A model generated the notes under the pieces. That model was not told the origin of the DNA. It saw only the letters and a program-made list of their open reading frames with translations, and searched no databases. Positions 36,308 to 46,380 of a stretch of DNA of 64,000 bases are shown piece after piece. Source of the DNA: an uncultured Candidatus Binatia bacterium (GTDB taxonomy: Bacteria > Desulfobacterota > Binatia > UBA9968 > CAXXLF01). The position numbers and the translations under genes were made by a program. The DNA is taken from NCBI GenBank assembly GCA_965218425.1, contig OZ244621.1, positions 2,240,001 through 2,304,000 of the forward strand, in the 5' to 3' direction. Numbering within the stretch: the first letter of the stretch is position 1; each line of letters starts with the position of its first letter.

Positions 36308-38848
36308 TCACAACGATACTTTGGCGATCAGGAATATCGTGCGTCCCCGGACGGAATCCAGAGTCTCTTCCGCGGTCAGCGCTCCAGGGTCCGTGGGGTC
36401 GGTGGACGGACCGCGATCGCCGACGTTGAGGACGCCGCCGACGAGGTCCATTCCGCTCAGGCCGAACGCACCGCTCCAGCGCAGCGTGACGTCGTGCCCC
36501 ATCCACGCCTTGTAGCGGGCGGTTCTCTGGCGGTTCCAGTGGCCCGAAACTCCATAAACGCTCCAGTTGGCGGTAATGACGCCCCTGGTGGCGCGAAGCG
36601 ACGCATGGATGCGGTTGCGCGGGTAGTCGCTCGGTTCCAACTCACCGGCCACGCGCTCCTCGTACCGGGTCAGGTGCGACCAGCGGGCATCAAAGGTCAT
36701 GTCCACCCAATCGGCTTTCCAGCCGGCCCGCCCCCGCAAATCGATACCCGAGACATTGGTTTCCCCGCTGTTGACCAGCGGGCTCTCGATCCGTGTGATG
36801 AGACCTCCGTCGCGCACGACTGCCGCGCCGGACGGCAAGCGCCCCTCCGCGTCCAGGTCGATGACGGACTGCGCGGATAATGTAGCCGGTTGGTCGGAAA
36901 TCCCGATCCGAAACCAGTCCACGCTCAGGGAAAAGGGACCCAGGCCGGCCACCGCGCCGAGGCTGAAGCTCTGGGCTTCATCCGGCTTCAGGTTCGGATT
37001 GCCTTCCCTCACGCGCTCCACCTGAGTTTCGTCGCAATCTTTCAGGTCGCCGGCATGAGTTTTCGTGTCGCAGACGTTCGGATAGTCGATTGCCTCGCGC
37101 AGGTGCAGATCACGCAGGCTTGGCGCCTTCGAGCCCTCGCTCCAGGACCCGCGGAACGTGAGGAACTTGTTCAACCGGTACCGGCTCGCTACCGAGTGGG
37201 AAACCGTCGCGCCGACATCGTCATGGTCATCGCGCCGCACGGCGAGCACGACATCCCAGTCGCTGTGCAACGGCAGGGAAACCTCGGCGAACCCTGACCA
37301 GCGCCGGCGCTTGCCCGCCGCCGAAATGCCGCCGGATCCGAGCACGTCGCCCGCTTGATGGGAACCGCCGAGAACGTCCTTATAATCGTAGACGTTCCGC
37401 CAATCCTCGTAAGCGACCTCGGTGCCCGCCGCCCACCGCACATCGCCGCCGCTTAGCGCGAACGCCGTTCCGTCCAAGGATACCCGAGCCGCCTTGTGGT
37501 CCGTGACCCGATCGCGGTCCAGCAGGAGCCCGGTCTCGCGAATGGCCCCCAGGTGCCCTTTGAGATCGTACCGCCTCTCGTCGATGGCCCTTTGGACCGC
37601 GCTTTCGCTTACGAAGGTACCGCCATCCTCGGCGGTATCGTGACGATAGTACCGGAAGTGCGCGTCATAGCCGATGCCGACCGCGAATCGTCCCCGGACG
37701 CCGAGCGTGAGTTCGTATTCCTCAAGGTCCGTGCGCCAGTCGCGATTGCCGTGGCCGATGAACCGATGGGCCACTCTGATTCTGTCCGGAATATCGCTGA
37801 TTCCGAGATCCCGTTGAAGTTCGCTGCGGAGCTCCGCCGGGGGCGTGAAGGAGAAGGTGCCGACCGACGGGGCGTAGCGGAACTTGGTGTCGCCCCGTGC
37901 GGCCCGGGCGTCGACGTACACGCCCGCGGCCTCGCCAAGCGGGTGATCGAGGTTGAGAAACAGGCTCTCCTTCTTGACACGCTCCGTATTCCAAGCGATC
38001 TCGGGCCAGGCGAAGCCGCAGCCCGTGCCGGGAACACCGATGGGCTTGGTGAGCACACCGGTGTACGCGCTTCCCCGGCAGTCGCCGAGGGCACGCGCGA
38101 CCGAGCCGTCATCGGTGCTGATGAATAGGGTGTTGCCGCCCACCGAAACGTTGGACGCGTCAGCGAACGGGCCGCCCGGCGTCCACGAAGCGCGGCTGTA
38201 GTCCCGGTCCGCACTGCGGATTTCCTGCCTGCGGAAGACGTCCGCGCCGATCACCATGTGACCTCTTCCGAGCGCGCCGCCCCACAGACCGCTCAGGTGC
38301 TTGGTATCGCCGCCCGCGCCGGTGGGCCGGTCGAGGCTTCCCTGGACCTCGACGCCCTCATAATCGCGCCTGAGAACGACGTTGACCGCGCCGGCAATGG
38401 CGTGTCCACCGTGCAAGGCGGCCGCGCTGTCGCTCAGGATCTCGATGCGCTCGACGGCCGATAGCGACAGGAGGTCGAGGTCGAATGTCGAATCCGAAAC
38501 GCGGCGCCCATTGACGAGAACCGCGACCCGGCCGCTCCCGAGGACGAACGGCCGGTGGGCGCCGAAGCTGTTGTAGTGCAAACGCCCCAGCAACAGGTCC
38601 GAGACGTTCTTCATGCCGGACAACTCGATATCCGTCCGGTCGATCACGGCGAGGGGGCGCGCCGCGTCCGCGGCGGCGGCGGGAATGTGGCTGGACACCC
38701 CGAGGCCTCCGCCCGCCGCCTCGACTTGCGGCGAGGCCGCGCATGTCACCGCCACGATCGCTAAGGCGGCGACCGGCCGAAGTATCGCACGGGCTCGGCG
38801 TTCGCGGACCGGCAAGCGCGGAAGCCGAATACGTAGTGCTCCGTTCAT
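36308..38848 (-). CDS. TonB-dependent outer-membrane receptor
   Basis: VLVNGRR; VERIEIL.D.AAA.HG..AIAGAVN plug; GNPNLKPDEA; GRTIF C-terminal strand. Confidence 0.92.
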   Translation of the reverse strand: MNGALRIRLPRLPVRERRARAILRPVAALAIVAVTCAASPQVEAAGGGLGVSSHIPAAAADAARPLAVIDRTDIELSGMKNVSDLLLGRLHYNSFGAHRPFVLGSGRVAVLVNGRRVSDSTFDLDLLSLSAVERIEILSDSAAALHGGHAIAGAVNVVLRRDYEGVEVQGSLDRPTGAGGDTKHLSGLWGGALGRGHMVIGADVFRRQEIRSADRDYSRASWTPGGPFADASNVSVGGNTLFISTDDGSVARALGDCRGSAYTGVLTKPIGVPGTGCGFAWPEIAWNTERVKKESLFLNLDHPLGEAAGVYVDARAARGDTKFRYAPSVGTFSFTPPAELRSELQRDLGISDIPDRIRVAHRFIGHGNRDWRTDLEEYELTLGVRGRFAVGIGYDAHFRYYRHDTAEDGGTFVSESAVQRAIDERRYDLKGHLGAIRETGLLLDRDRVTDHKAARVSLDGTAFALSGGDVRWAAGTEVAYEDWRNVYDYKDVLGGSHQAGDVLGSGGISAAGKRRRWSGFAEVSLPLHSDWDVVLAVRRDDHDDVGATVSHSVASRYRLNKFLTFRGSWSEGSKAPSLRDLHLREAIDYPNVCDTKTHAGDLKDCDETQVERVREGNPNLKPDEAQSFSLGAVAGLGPFSLSVDWFRIGISDQPATLSAQSVIDLDAEGRLPSGAAVVRDGGLITRIESPLVNSGETNVSGIDLRGRAGWKADWVDMTFDARWSHLTRYEERVAGELEPSDYPRNRIHASLRATRGVITANWSVYGVSGHWNRQRTARYKAWMGHDVTLRWSGAFGLSGMDLVGGVLNVGDRGPSTDPTDPGALTAEETLDSVRGRTIFLIAKVSL

Positions 38849-39182
38849 TCTAGATCCTTTCGGTGGCGCGACGGTCCGGATGAGGGAACCGGTATCATTC
38901 GTTTTGCTGATCGGTTCTCGCCGAAAAAGTCATTTTTTCTCAGGTCTCTCCAGCGATTTACGGTACCAAAATGCCGTGCGTAAACTAATAACTCGACAAT
39001 AAGGTATCAAGATATTGATTCTTGTAGCAGAATCCCCCATCCAATTGAAGATCATGATCGTTCTTTAAAAGAGAACCGCGAGAGTTTGTTCCTTATGGGG
39101 GCGTGGAAAGGGACAGGGATTTCTTGACATATCATTATTTGTCATGACATGCTGAGGTTAGAGGAGAGAGGAGAAGTGTGCC

Positions 39183-39410
39183 ATGCCCCGGACTCGTGAG
39201 AAATTTGCTACCCAGGTCAACGCCGAGATTCTGGCCACGGTCCGCGCGATCGCGGAGAAAGAGGGCCGCCAGCTTCAAGCGCTCGTGGACGAGGCGCTGG
39301 CCGACCTGATCGAGAAGCGAAGACAGGCCCGACCCCGTCCGCACGTCATGGCCGCCTATCTCGGCAGCCATGACAAGTACGACGATCTCTACAAGAAGCT
39401 CGCGAAGTGA
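39183..39410 (+). CDS. Antitoxin partner of Doc
   Basis: REKFATQV..EGRQLQALVDEAL..LYKKLAK; GTGA overlap with doc. Confidence 0.8.
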   Translation: MPRTREKFATQVNAEILATVRAIAEKEGRQLQALVDEALADLIEKRRQARPRPHVMAAYLGSHDKYDDLYKKLAK

Positions 39411-39784
39411 CGGACTACCTCACGCCGGTGGAAGTTCTCGCCATTCACGCGGATCAGATCGAGCGGTACGGGGGGTCGCCCGGCGTCCGGGACCCTGGTC
39501 TTTTGGAGGCGGCGCTCTATCGGCCGCAAACCGGCTACTACGCCGATCTCGTTGAGGAAGCCGCTGCGCTGTGGGAGAGTCTGGCCCAAAACCATCCGTT
39601 CATCGACGGTAACAAGCGCACGGCCTTTGCCGCGACGTACACGTTTCTGGCGATCAACGGCGCACAACTCACGGTCGACGCCGGTGAGGCCTACGCCTTC
39701 ATTTCCGGACTGTACGAAGCAGGAACGTTCCGCTTTGACAATTTGGAACCGTGGCTGCGGCGCAGCGTCAAGGTTGGCGCGTAA
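39407..39784 (+). CDS. doc: Doc/Fic-family toxin
   Basis: HPFIDGNKRTA motif; GVRD.GLLE.AL.RP. Confidence 0.92.
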   Translation: MTDYLTPVEVLAIHADQIERYGGSPGVRDPGLLEAALYRPQTGYYADLVEEAAALWESLAQNHPFIDGNKRTAFAATYTFLAINGAQLTVDAGEAYAFISGLYEAGTFRFDNLEPWLRRSVKVGA

Positions 39785-40109
39785 ACAAAACAAGACGGGC
39801 CGCACGTCTATACTTGACGCGTCGTCAAGCATTTCTATGTTTTATCAATATCTTCCATCTCTTCAAAGGAACTCGTTTTGCAGGAAAACAAGCTAATATG
39901 CTGAAAATGCCTTTGAATGCCTTTTTCTTAGCTATACTAATCTACTTGTTCTTCTAATTGTTCTTACTGATTCAATGATCCGGGTAAATCTGCGGTTAAG
40001 GCTCTTTACGCCTTTAGTGTCTCGGCGCGAAAAACTTTGTGGACCGGTGTTGTTGAGGATTCCATGGGTTAAGATCCAACAGGTCAGGGGAGCAGTGAAT
40101 TTTTCCGGT

Positions 40110-41153
40110 TTATTTCTTGGCAGTGAAGATCAGGGTCTTCGGGTAATGGTCCACCCAACCGAACCAGAAGGAGGGGGTGACAGGTACGGCCTCCAACCTT
40201 TGACCTTTCATTTGACCCTGAACGGCCTTTCCCGTTAGCCCATTCCACACGGAGCCGGTTGTGTCGTCGGTAAGAAAGGTGCCTTTGTAGTTTTCCGGCT
40301 GCGTCTTCTTGAATGTAAGAACCCGGTCTTTCACCTGGCGTTTAAACACCATCCCCGTCGCGCTGTCCTTTTCGAAGACCGCAAGAATTGGGATCCCTTG
40401 GAATACGTCATTGACCACCGGCTGCTTGCTCAGGACGGAATAGGGGTAAGCCTTCGCTTTTCCATCGATCACTAATCCAAGTACGTATTCTTTGGGATAG
40501 ACCCTCTTATCAGACAAGCGAGTGGGAATAATCCCCGTGTCTGCGGAACTATAGTATGATTCGTAAGGGTCCCGTCCCAAGCTGAGGGGAAAAGGCCGTC
40601 CACTGGTTAAAACCTTGGAGTCCGGGTAGAGTCCCATCCAGGTCCCCCAACGAGTAAACGTGGATTCCATGGGTTTGAGCTTGTTCCCGTCCATTGGGCC
40701 TTTGACCGCCGCTCCCACCAGGTGGCTCCAGAGGCTGTCCGTTTGGTGGTCGTACATTATCAGAGAATTGGCATGGAGTTTCCCTGAGACCCCAAAGGTC
40801 AACTCCTTGTCTGCGATTCTACGGTCATACACGATGGCCGTATAACAGAGGGGTCACCAGGTGACCGCGATGGGTATGCCGCCAACTTTGTCGTTGACGA
40901 TTTCAACCCGGCTCAGTGTGGCTACGGGGTAGGCGCGACTGTCCCCATTGATTTCCACACCGATGACGGATTCGTCCGCCTTGAGCCATTGGGCACTTTT
41001 GCCGTCCTGGAACTCGGGGGAGAGGATGGCCGCAATGGCATCCTTGGCCAGGACGGTAATAATCTCATTCGGACGAAGGTCTGCCGCATGAGAATGATTT
41101 GGCAGGAATAGTAAGACCAACAGGATCAGCCATAGGGGAAGACAGTATTTCAA
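40110..41153 (-). CDS. DUF3179-domain exported selenoprotein (Sec at TGA 40854-40856)
   Basis: Two track ORFs in one frame joined as AVTW-U-PLCYTA; EIVND; FGVSGKL; MYD.QT.SLW; TTG start with signal peptide. Confidence 0.88.
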
Positions 41154-41166
41154 TGGGCCCTCTTGT

Positions 41167-41985
41167 TTAGCTCTGGATAGGTTTGGAAGCGGACCGGGCG
41201 AGGTGCAGGAGCTCCTGGATGGGTCTCTTGGAAACCAGAAGGCAGATTCGTTCTCCCATGCGGTGCATGACCCCATTTATCCCATCGTTGGAGAAAGTAT
41301 AAAAACTGACCTTTCTCTCCGGATCAAAGAGCCTGCGGGCTTGTGGTGGAGCGTCTTGTTCCGTGCCGAGAAAGGTAAAACAACTGACAGAAGGACCGGT
41401 GCCCTCGTACACGGCAATGAGGATATCGCGATTGCCGACTTCTTTGACCGTGCCGCCGACGGCCTTTAATCCCGCGGAGGATAGATCATAACCCATTGGC
41501 GCGAATTTGCCCTCCATGGCCTGGTGCAATTGGTTTTTAATTGCTGATGGGCTTTCGGCTCGGACAAAGGAAAGGTCGCCTGAAGCAATCTGTGCATGCG
41601 CCTCTATGGCTGCCAGAGGCATAGGCTGACCGGTCGGCCAGGTCAGGTAAAATAAAGGGACGAGCAGTAAAATCAGTGCGGCCGATGCAAAGGCGGGGCG
41701 GGTGATGAAATTGGGTGTCCGGGAGAACCCTTTACAACCTTGGGTTGGTTCGGTGGCCTGAGGTGAGATATGGTGATCCGCGAGGATCTTTGCTCTGAGA
41801 TCGGAGGGGGCGGACACTTTGGCGCCGATGGAAAAGAGCTGTTTTTTGAGCTCCTTTTCCTGCTCAAATACGGTTTGACAGTTCACGCAATTTTTTAGAT
41901 GGCTCTCTATGGCCTGTCGCTCGAGGTCATTTAGTTCGCTATCCGCTAGAGCGGTTATAAGCTCCTCGGCCTCTTTACAAGTCAT
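41167..41985 (-). CDS. Zinc-finger (HxxxCxxC) transmembrane anti-sigma factor
   Basis: MTC..D.EL..HLKNCVNC; single TM. Confidence 0.88.
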   Translation of the reverse strand: MTCKEAEELITALADSELNDLERQAIESHLKNCVNCQTVFEQEKELKKQLFSIGAKVSAPSDLRAKILADHHISPQATEPTQGCKGFSRTPNFITRPAFASAALILLLVPLFYLTWPTGQPMPLAAIEAHAQIASGDLSFVRAESPSAIKNQLHQAMEGKFAPMGYDLSSAGLKAVGGTVKEVGNRDILIAVYEGTGPSVSCFTFLGTEQDAPPQARRLFDPERKVSFYTFSNDGINGVMHRMGERICLLVSKRPIQELLHLARSASKPIQS

Positions 41986-42202
41986 TTCCGTTACTTTCCT
42001 TCCTCCATGCACAATAGCTATAACCTATACAACGTCGTTCCTACCCCAGGAGTTCCCGAAATATTACCCCTTTACGGCGGCAAATCGATATCATAGCTCT
42101 TGGATGATCCGGGTGATTGTGGTAAGGGGTCTCTTCGTTCCGTGTCTTGTCCTAGAAAATATTCTGCACGGAGTCTTGCACGATGACAAGGGGAGAAAGT
42201 TT

Positions 42203-43573
42203 ATGACCACGAAATACGATGCCATCGTTATCGGTACAGGCCAGTCGGGCCCTTCCCTGGCCGCGCGGATGGCGGGTGAAGGAATGAAAGTTGCCATCAT
42301 TGAACGCAAGTCGTTTGGTGGCACCTGCGTTAATACCGGTTGAATACCCACCAAGACCCTGGTGGCCAGTGCCCATGCCGCTCACATTGCAAGGCGTGGG
42401 GCTGAATACGGGGTGATGATCGGCGGGCCGGTCACCGTGGATATGAAAAAGGTCAAGGAGCGTAAGGACAAGGCGGTGCAGCGGTCCAATCAGGGAGTGG
42501 GCAATTGGGTCAAGAACCTGAAGAACGCTAAGGTTTACGAAGACCACGGGCGGTTCGAGGGACCCCACGCGGTGCGTGTGGGAGGGGAGCTCATAGAGGC
42601 GGATAAGATTTTCATCAATGTCGGCGCGCGCGCGTCGGTAATGGACCTCCCTGGGGTAAATTACTTCACCAATTCGAGCATCATGGAGGTGGATTTTCTC
42701 CCAAAGCACCTGATCGTGGTCGGCGGAAGCTACATCGGCCTGGAGTTTGGTCAGATGTACAGACGCTTCGGCAGCGAAGTGACCATCGTGGACCGTGGGC
42801 CTCGGTTGACCCAGCAGGATGATGAGGACACTTCCCTGGCGATCAAGGAGATTTTGGAAGCGGAGGGGGTGAACGTTCGGCTCGAAGCTGAATGTATTTC
42901 TGCTGCGCAAAAGGGCGATCAGATCACCGTCAATTTGGACTGCAAAACCGGAGGTAAGGAGGTAACGGGTACCCACCTGCTGCTCGCCATCGGACGGCGT
43001 CCCAACACGGACGACCTGGGCATAGATAAAGCAGGCCTCGAAGTGGATCGGCGGGGGTACATCAAGGTGGACGATCGGCTTCAGACCAACGTGCCTGGAG
43101 TTTGGGCCATTGGGGACTGCAATGGCAAGGGAGCCTTCACCCACACCTCGTATAACGACTATGAAATTGTTGCGGCCAATCTGTTCGACGACGACCCACG
43201 CCGGGTCAGCGACCGAATTTTAACCTATGGGATGTTTATCGATCCGCCCCTCGGACGCGCGGGAATGATCGAAGATGCAGTGAAAAAATCAGGCCGCAAA
43301 GCGTTGATAGCAAAGAGGCCCATGACTCGTGTGGCGCGCGCCGTGGAGAAAGGCGAGACACAGGGATTTATGAAGATCTTGGTGGATGCCGAAACCAAAG
43401 AGATCCTCGGGGCCGCCGTCCTTGGTGTTGGTGGCGATGAAATCATTCATTCCATCCTGGATGTGATGTACGCCAAGGCGCCCTGCACGGTTATTCAGCG
43501 GGCTGTCCACGCCCACCCAACGGTGTCGGAGCTGATACCCACCATGCTGGGGGACCTGAAGCCGCTGGAGTGA
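42203..43573 (+). CDS. Class I flavin disulfide reductase (MerA/RclA/Lpd-like) with TGA at the second redox Cys; probable selenoprotein
   Basis: GTGQSG; GGTCVNTG-TGA(42341)-IPTK in frame; GGSYIGLE; GR.PNT; HAHPT.SE; rest of frame intact. Confidence 0.85.
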
Positions 43574-43727
43574 TGTGTCCTTCGCTTGGGCAAATGAGCA
43601 TCAGGGCAAGCCCATCAATTATGAACGGCTAATCTGGACCCTTCCGCGGCTGGTACAGTGCTTGTACGTGTTTCGACCAGTTCGCAAGATGGATGATGCA
43701 TGCCCCGGGCTGAGACCCGGGAAGTCT

Positions 43728-44318
43728 TCATTCTCGCTTTTTCCCGCCTTGTTTAACCTCTTCCACCATGTAGCATCGTAGGTATTGGTGAAGGTATTTT
43801 CTACCCCGGGAAAGTCTGGAGCGAATGGTTCCCAAGGGGCATGAGAGCACCTCCGAGGCCTCTGCATATGAAAGCTCTCCCATGTCCACCAGTACAATGG
43901 GCGCTCTAAATTCTTCAGGGATTTTGGTCAGGGCCTCATTGACCTTGACGCTCAATTCTTTAGTGTAGACATTGTCTTCCGGCCCTGGCTCCGGTCCCGG
44001 AAGCGTCTCCCAATAATCTAAGCCCTCTTCGTCCCAGAGACCCCGTCCTTCCACGGCCGCCCATCTTCTCTTCCTGTGGTGGTGATCGAGAAAAAAGTTA
44101 TAGAGGATCCGACTCAGCCACGCCTTCAGGTTGGTTCCAGGGGTGAACTGTTCGAATGAATCAAGGGCACGTAGATAGGCTTCTTGGACAAGGTCTTGAG
44201 CTTCCTGAGGGTCCCTCGATAGGTGTAGGGCAACTCGATAAAGGTGATCGAGGTGTTGCAGCGCCTCTTGGGCGAAGCGCTCTCTCCCGGCTTTGGTGTT
44301 TTTGCCCCTCCGTATCAC
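43728..44318 (-). CDS. ECF sigma-70 factor
   Basis: AQDLVQEAYLRA; NLKAWL.RI; LSY.E...L..PLGTIRSRLSRGR. Confidence 0.92.
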   Translation of the reverse strand: MIRRGKNTKAGRERFAQEALQHLDHLYRVALHLSRDPQEAQDLVQEAYLRALDSFEQFTPGTNLKAWLSRILYNFFLDHHHRKRRWAAVEGRGLWDEEGLDYWETLPGPEPGPEDNVYTKELSVKVNEALTKIPEEFRAPIVLVDMGELSYAEASEVLSCPLGTIRSRLSRGRKYLHQYLRCYMVEEVKQGGKKRE

Positions 44319-44346
44319 GCGGCCATTCTAGCTGAGGGGATGGCCC

Positions 44347-44540
44347 GTGTCTACTTACTTAAATAGTGGTTCAGGTTTCGAGTCCACCACACCCGTGGGC
44401 CGATTCCCTCTGGGGAAGAGTTCCCACGGGCTCTACGACGTGGTGGGAAACACCTTTAGAGTGGACCTCCACGCCCGGAGAATAGTTTTGAAGGGATGTT
44501 CCTGGGATGATTTACCCGGCGCCTGTGGGGCGGCGCAAAA
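44347..44540 (+). pseudogene. Fragment of an FGE-sulfatase (SUMF1/EgtB/PvdO) domain gene
   Basis: TTPVGRFP.G.S.HGLYD..GN and VLKG.SW motifs only. Confidence 0.65.
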
Positions 44541-44678
44541 AACCGGAGGCGGCGGGAAGTGGGTTTATCCGGGTTGAAGTGGGTTGATGCGGGCTGACGG
44601 AACGAAGATGTTGATTTTGACTTGCCGCGAGATTGCTGATATTACCGAAATCAATCTGGTCGTATCGAAGAGGCGTCT

Positions 44679-45641
44679 ATGCAGAGCTTCGCTGAGAAAA
44701 TAAGACAAAGCGGCGACAGCTTCCTCAAGCGCAAGGTGGAAACCCTGCAGGTTAACATGGGGAAGTACTGCAACCAGGCATGCCTGCACTGTCACGTGGA
44801 GGCGGGACCCACCCGGAAGGAAATCATGACTCTGGAAACGGTAGAGTCGGTGCTCCGTTTCCTCGAGAAGTCCGATGTGCCCACAGTGGACATCACGGGG
44901 GGCGCGCCGGAGCTCAACCCGCATTTCGACTACCTCGTGGAGCGCAGCGTCCAGCTTGGCCGCCACGTGATGGACCGATGCAATCTCACCGTCATCTTTG
45001 AACAGGGGAAGGAGTATCTCCCGGACTTCTTTCAAAAAAACCGGGTGGAGCTGATCTGCTCTCTTCCCTGCTACACAGAGGGGAACGTAGACCAACAGAG
45101 GGGCAAAGGGACCTTCAATCTGAGTATCCGGGCGCTGCGGCTTCTGAACGGCCTGGGATATGGAGTCGAAGGCACGGGTCTGGAGCTGCAATTGGTCTAT
45201 AACCCGGTGGGGGCTTACCTTCCGTCGCCCCAGGAACGATTGGAACAGGACTATAAGACTATCCTCAAGGAAGAATACGGCATCGTTTTTAACCATCTCT
45301 ACTGTCTTACCAATGTGCCCATCACTCGATTTGAGACCTTTCTGAAGGTGCGAAACGAGTATGACCGGTATATGGAGCTGATCCAGTCCGCGTTCAACCC
45401 GGATACCGTGGACAAGGTCATGTGCAGAAACATCTTGAGCGTAGGATGGGAGGGGTCCGTTTACGACTGTGACTTCAATCAGATGCTGGAGCTGCCGGTC
45501 TCGAACCGACAGGGTAAGCCGCTAAAGATCCAGGACCTCCATGCCGATGGCCTGGAAAATCAATCAATCGTGGTCGGAAATCACTGCTACGCCTGTACGG
45601 CGGGAGCCGGGAGTAGCTGCGGCGGTTCATTAATAGCGTAA
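44679..45641 (+). CDS. arsS: ArsS-family radical SAM protein (DUF3641 C-terminus), Cys form
   Basis: LQVN.G..CNQACLHCHV; DITGGAPEL; YDCDFNQML; HCYACTAGAGSSCGG. Confidence 0.85.
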   Translation: MQSFAEKIRQSGDSFLKRKVETLQVNMGKYCNQACLHCHVEAGPTRKEIMTLETVESVLRFLEKSDVPTVDITGGAPELNPHFDYLVERSVQLGRHVMDRCNLTVIFEQGKEYLPDFFQKNRVELICSLPCYTEGNVDQQRGKGTFNLSIRALRLLNGLGYGVEGTGLELQLVYNPVGAYLPSPQERLEQDYKTILKEEYGIVFNHLYCLTNVPITRFETFLKVRNEYDRYMELIQSAFNPDTVDKVMCRNILSVGWEGSVYDCDFNQMLELPVSNRQGKPLKIQDLHADGLENQSIVVGNHCYACTAGAGSSCGGSLIA

Positions 45642-46035
45642 CCGCCGCTTTGCGCTGATGGTAAAACGCAAAGCGCATGGCGCTATACGCAAAGCGTCTT
45701 TTCAGTGACGGGTTACGAGTACCGAGTGGAAATTGAGGGTGGGTCAAGGGTGTAGTGAAGTCCGCACTGTCAACCCTCCACTCCCTAACCTGACCCTTAA
45801 ACACTTTCCACCGGCTACACCGTTTTCTGCTTACTGCGATCTTCATACGGTTTTCTTTGGCGTCTTGGCGCGAAAAACTCTTTTGAATTCGTTCTTTTAA
45901 AGAATTGATGGGTAGAATTCTAACGGCAAGGCGGGGCCGTGCAGGTCAGGCAGTGAGATTGAGGCGCCTAGACCCGGCCCCCCACAGGACCCGCAATTCG
46001 TTTGGGTTTTGCTCAGCTAGATGGTAAATTACCCC

Positions 46036-46215
46036 ATGGCTGATACATTCCTAAAGCGCAAGAAGGAGCAGGATCGGCAGAAAAAAAAGAGGGAAAAAGA
46101 GGCCATGCGACAGGACCGTAAAGCGGAAAAAGCGAATCGTAGGCCCCTGACTCCAGGCGAAGACCCTGACATCGCGGGGATCAAGCCCGGCCCTCAACCG
46201 CCGATCGACTGGTAA
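46036..46215 (+). CDS. Small basic hypothetical protein
   Basis: TF.KR.KE..R..K..EK..EDPDIAGI.PGPQP pattern. Confidence 0.65.
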   Translation: MADTFLKRKKEQDRQKKKREKEAMRQDRKAEKANRRPLTPGEDPDIAGIKPGPQPPIDW

Positions 46216-46380
46216 TCCGCCCCTTCACGAGCAACCTGACGTCCTTCCGCATTCACCCCTTGGACCAGAGGCCAAGTGCCGTCCTCTTTCAGCCTTATGA
46301 AAGACTTTTGCATGTCTCCGAACCCGGCGTTCTTTACCGCTCTCTGCCGGCAATCGTTGATCCGAATCGCTAAACGCGAA

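Noticed and set aside
45590..45641. Sec in the ArsS C-terminus
   Set aside because: The codon in GSSCGG is TGC; Cys form.
40003..45940. Short similar motifs (ggcgcgaaaaact) at about 40024 and 45867 as element ends
   Set aside because: Only about 13-20 bp match and they resemble common intergenic repeats; too weak.
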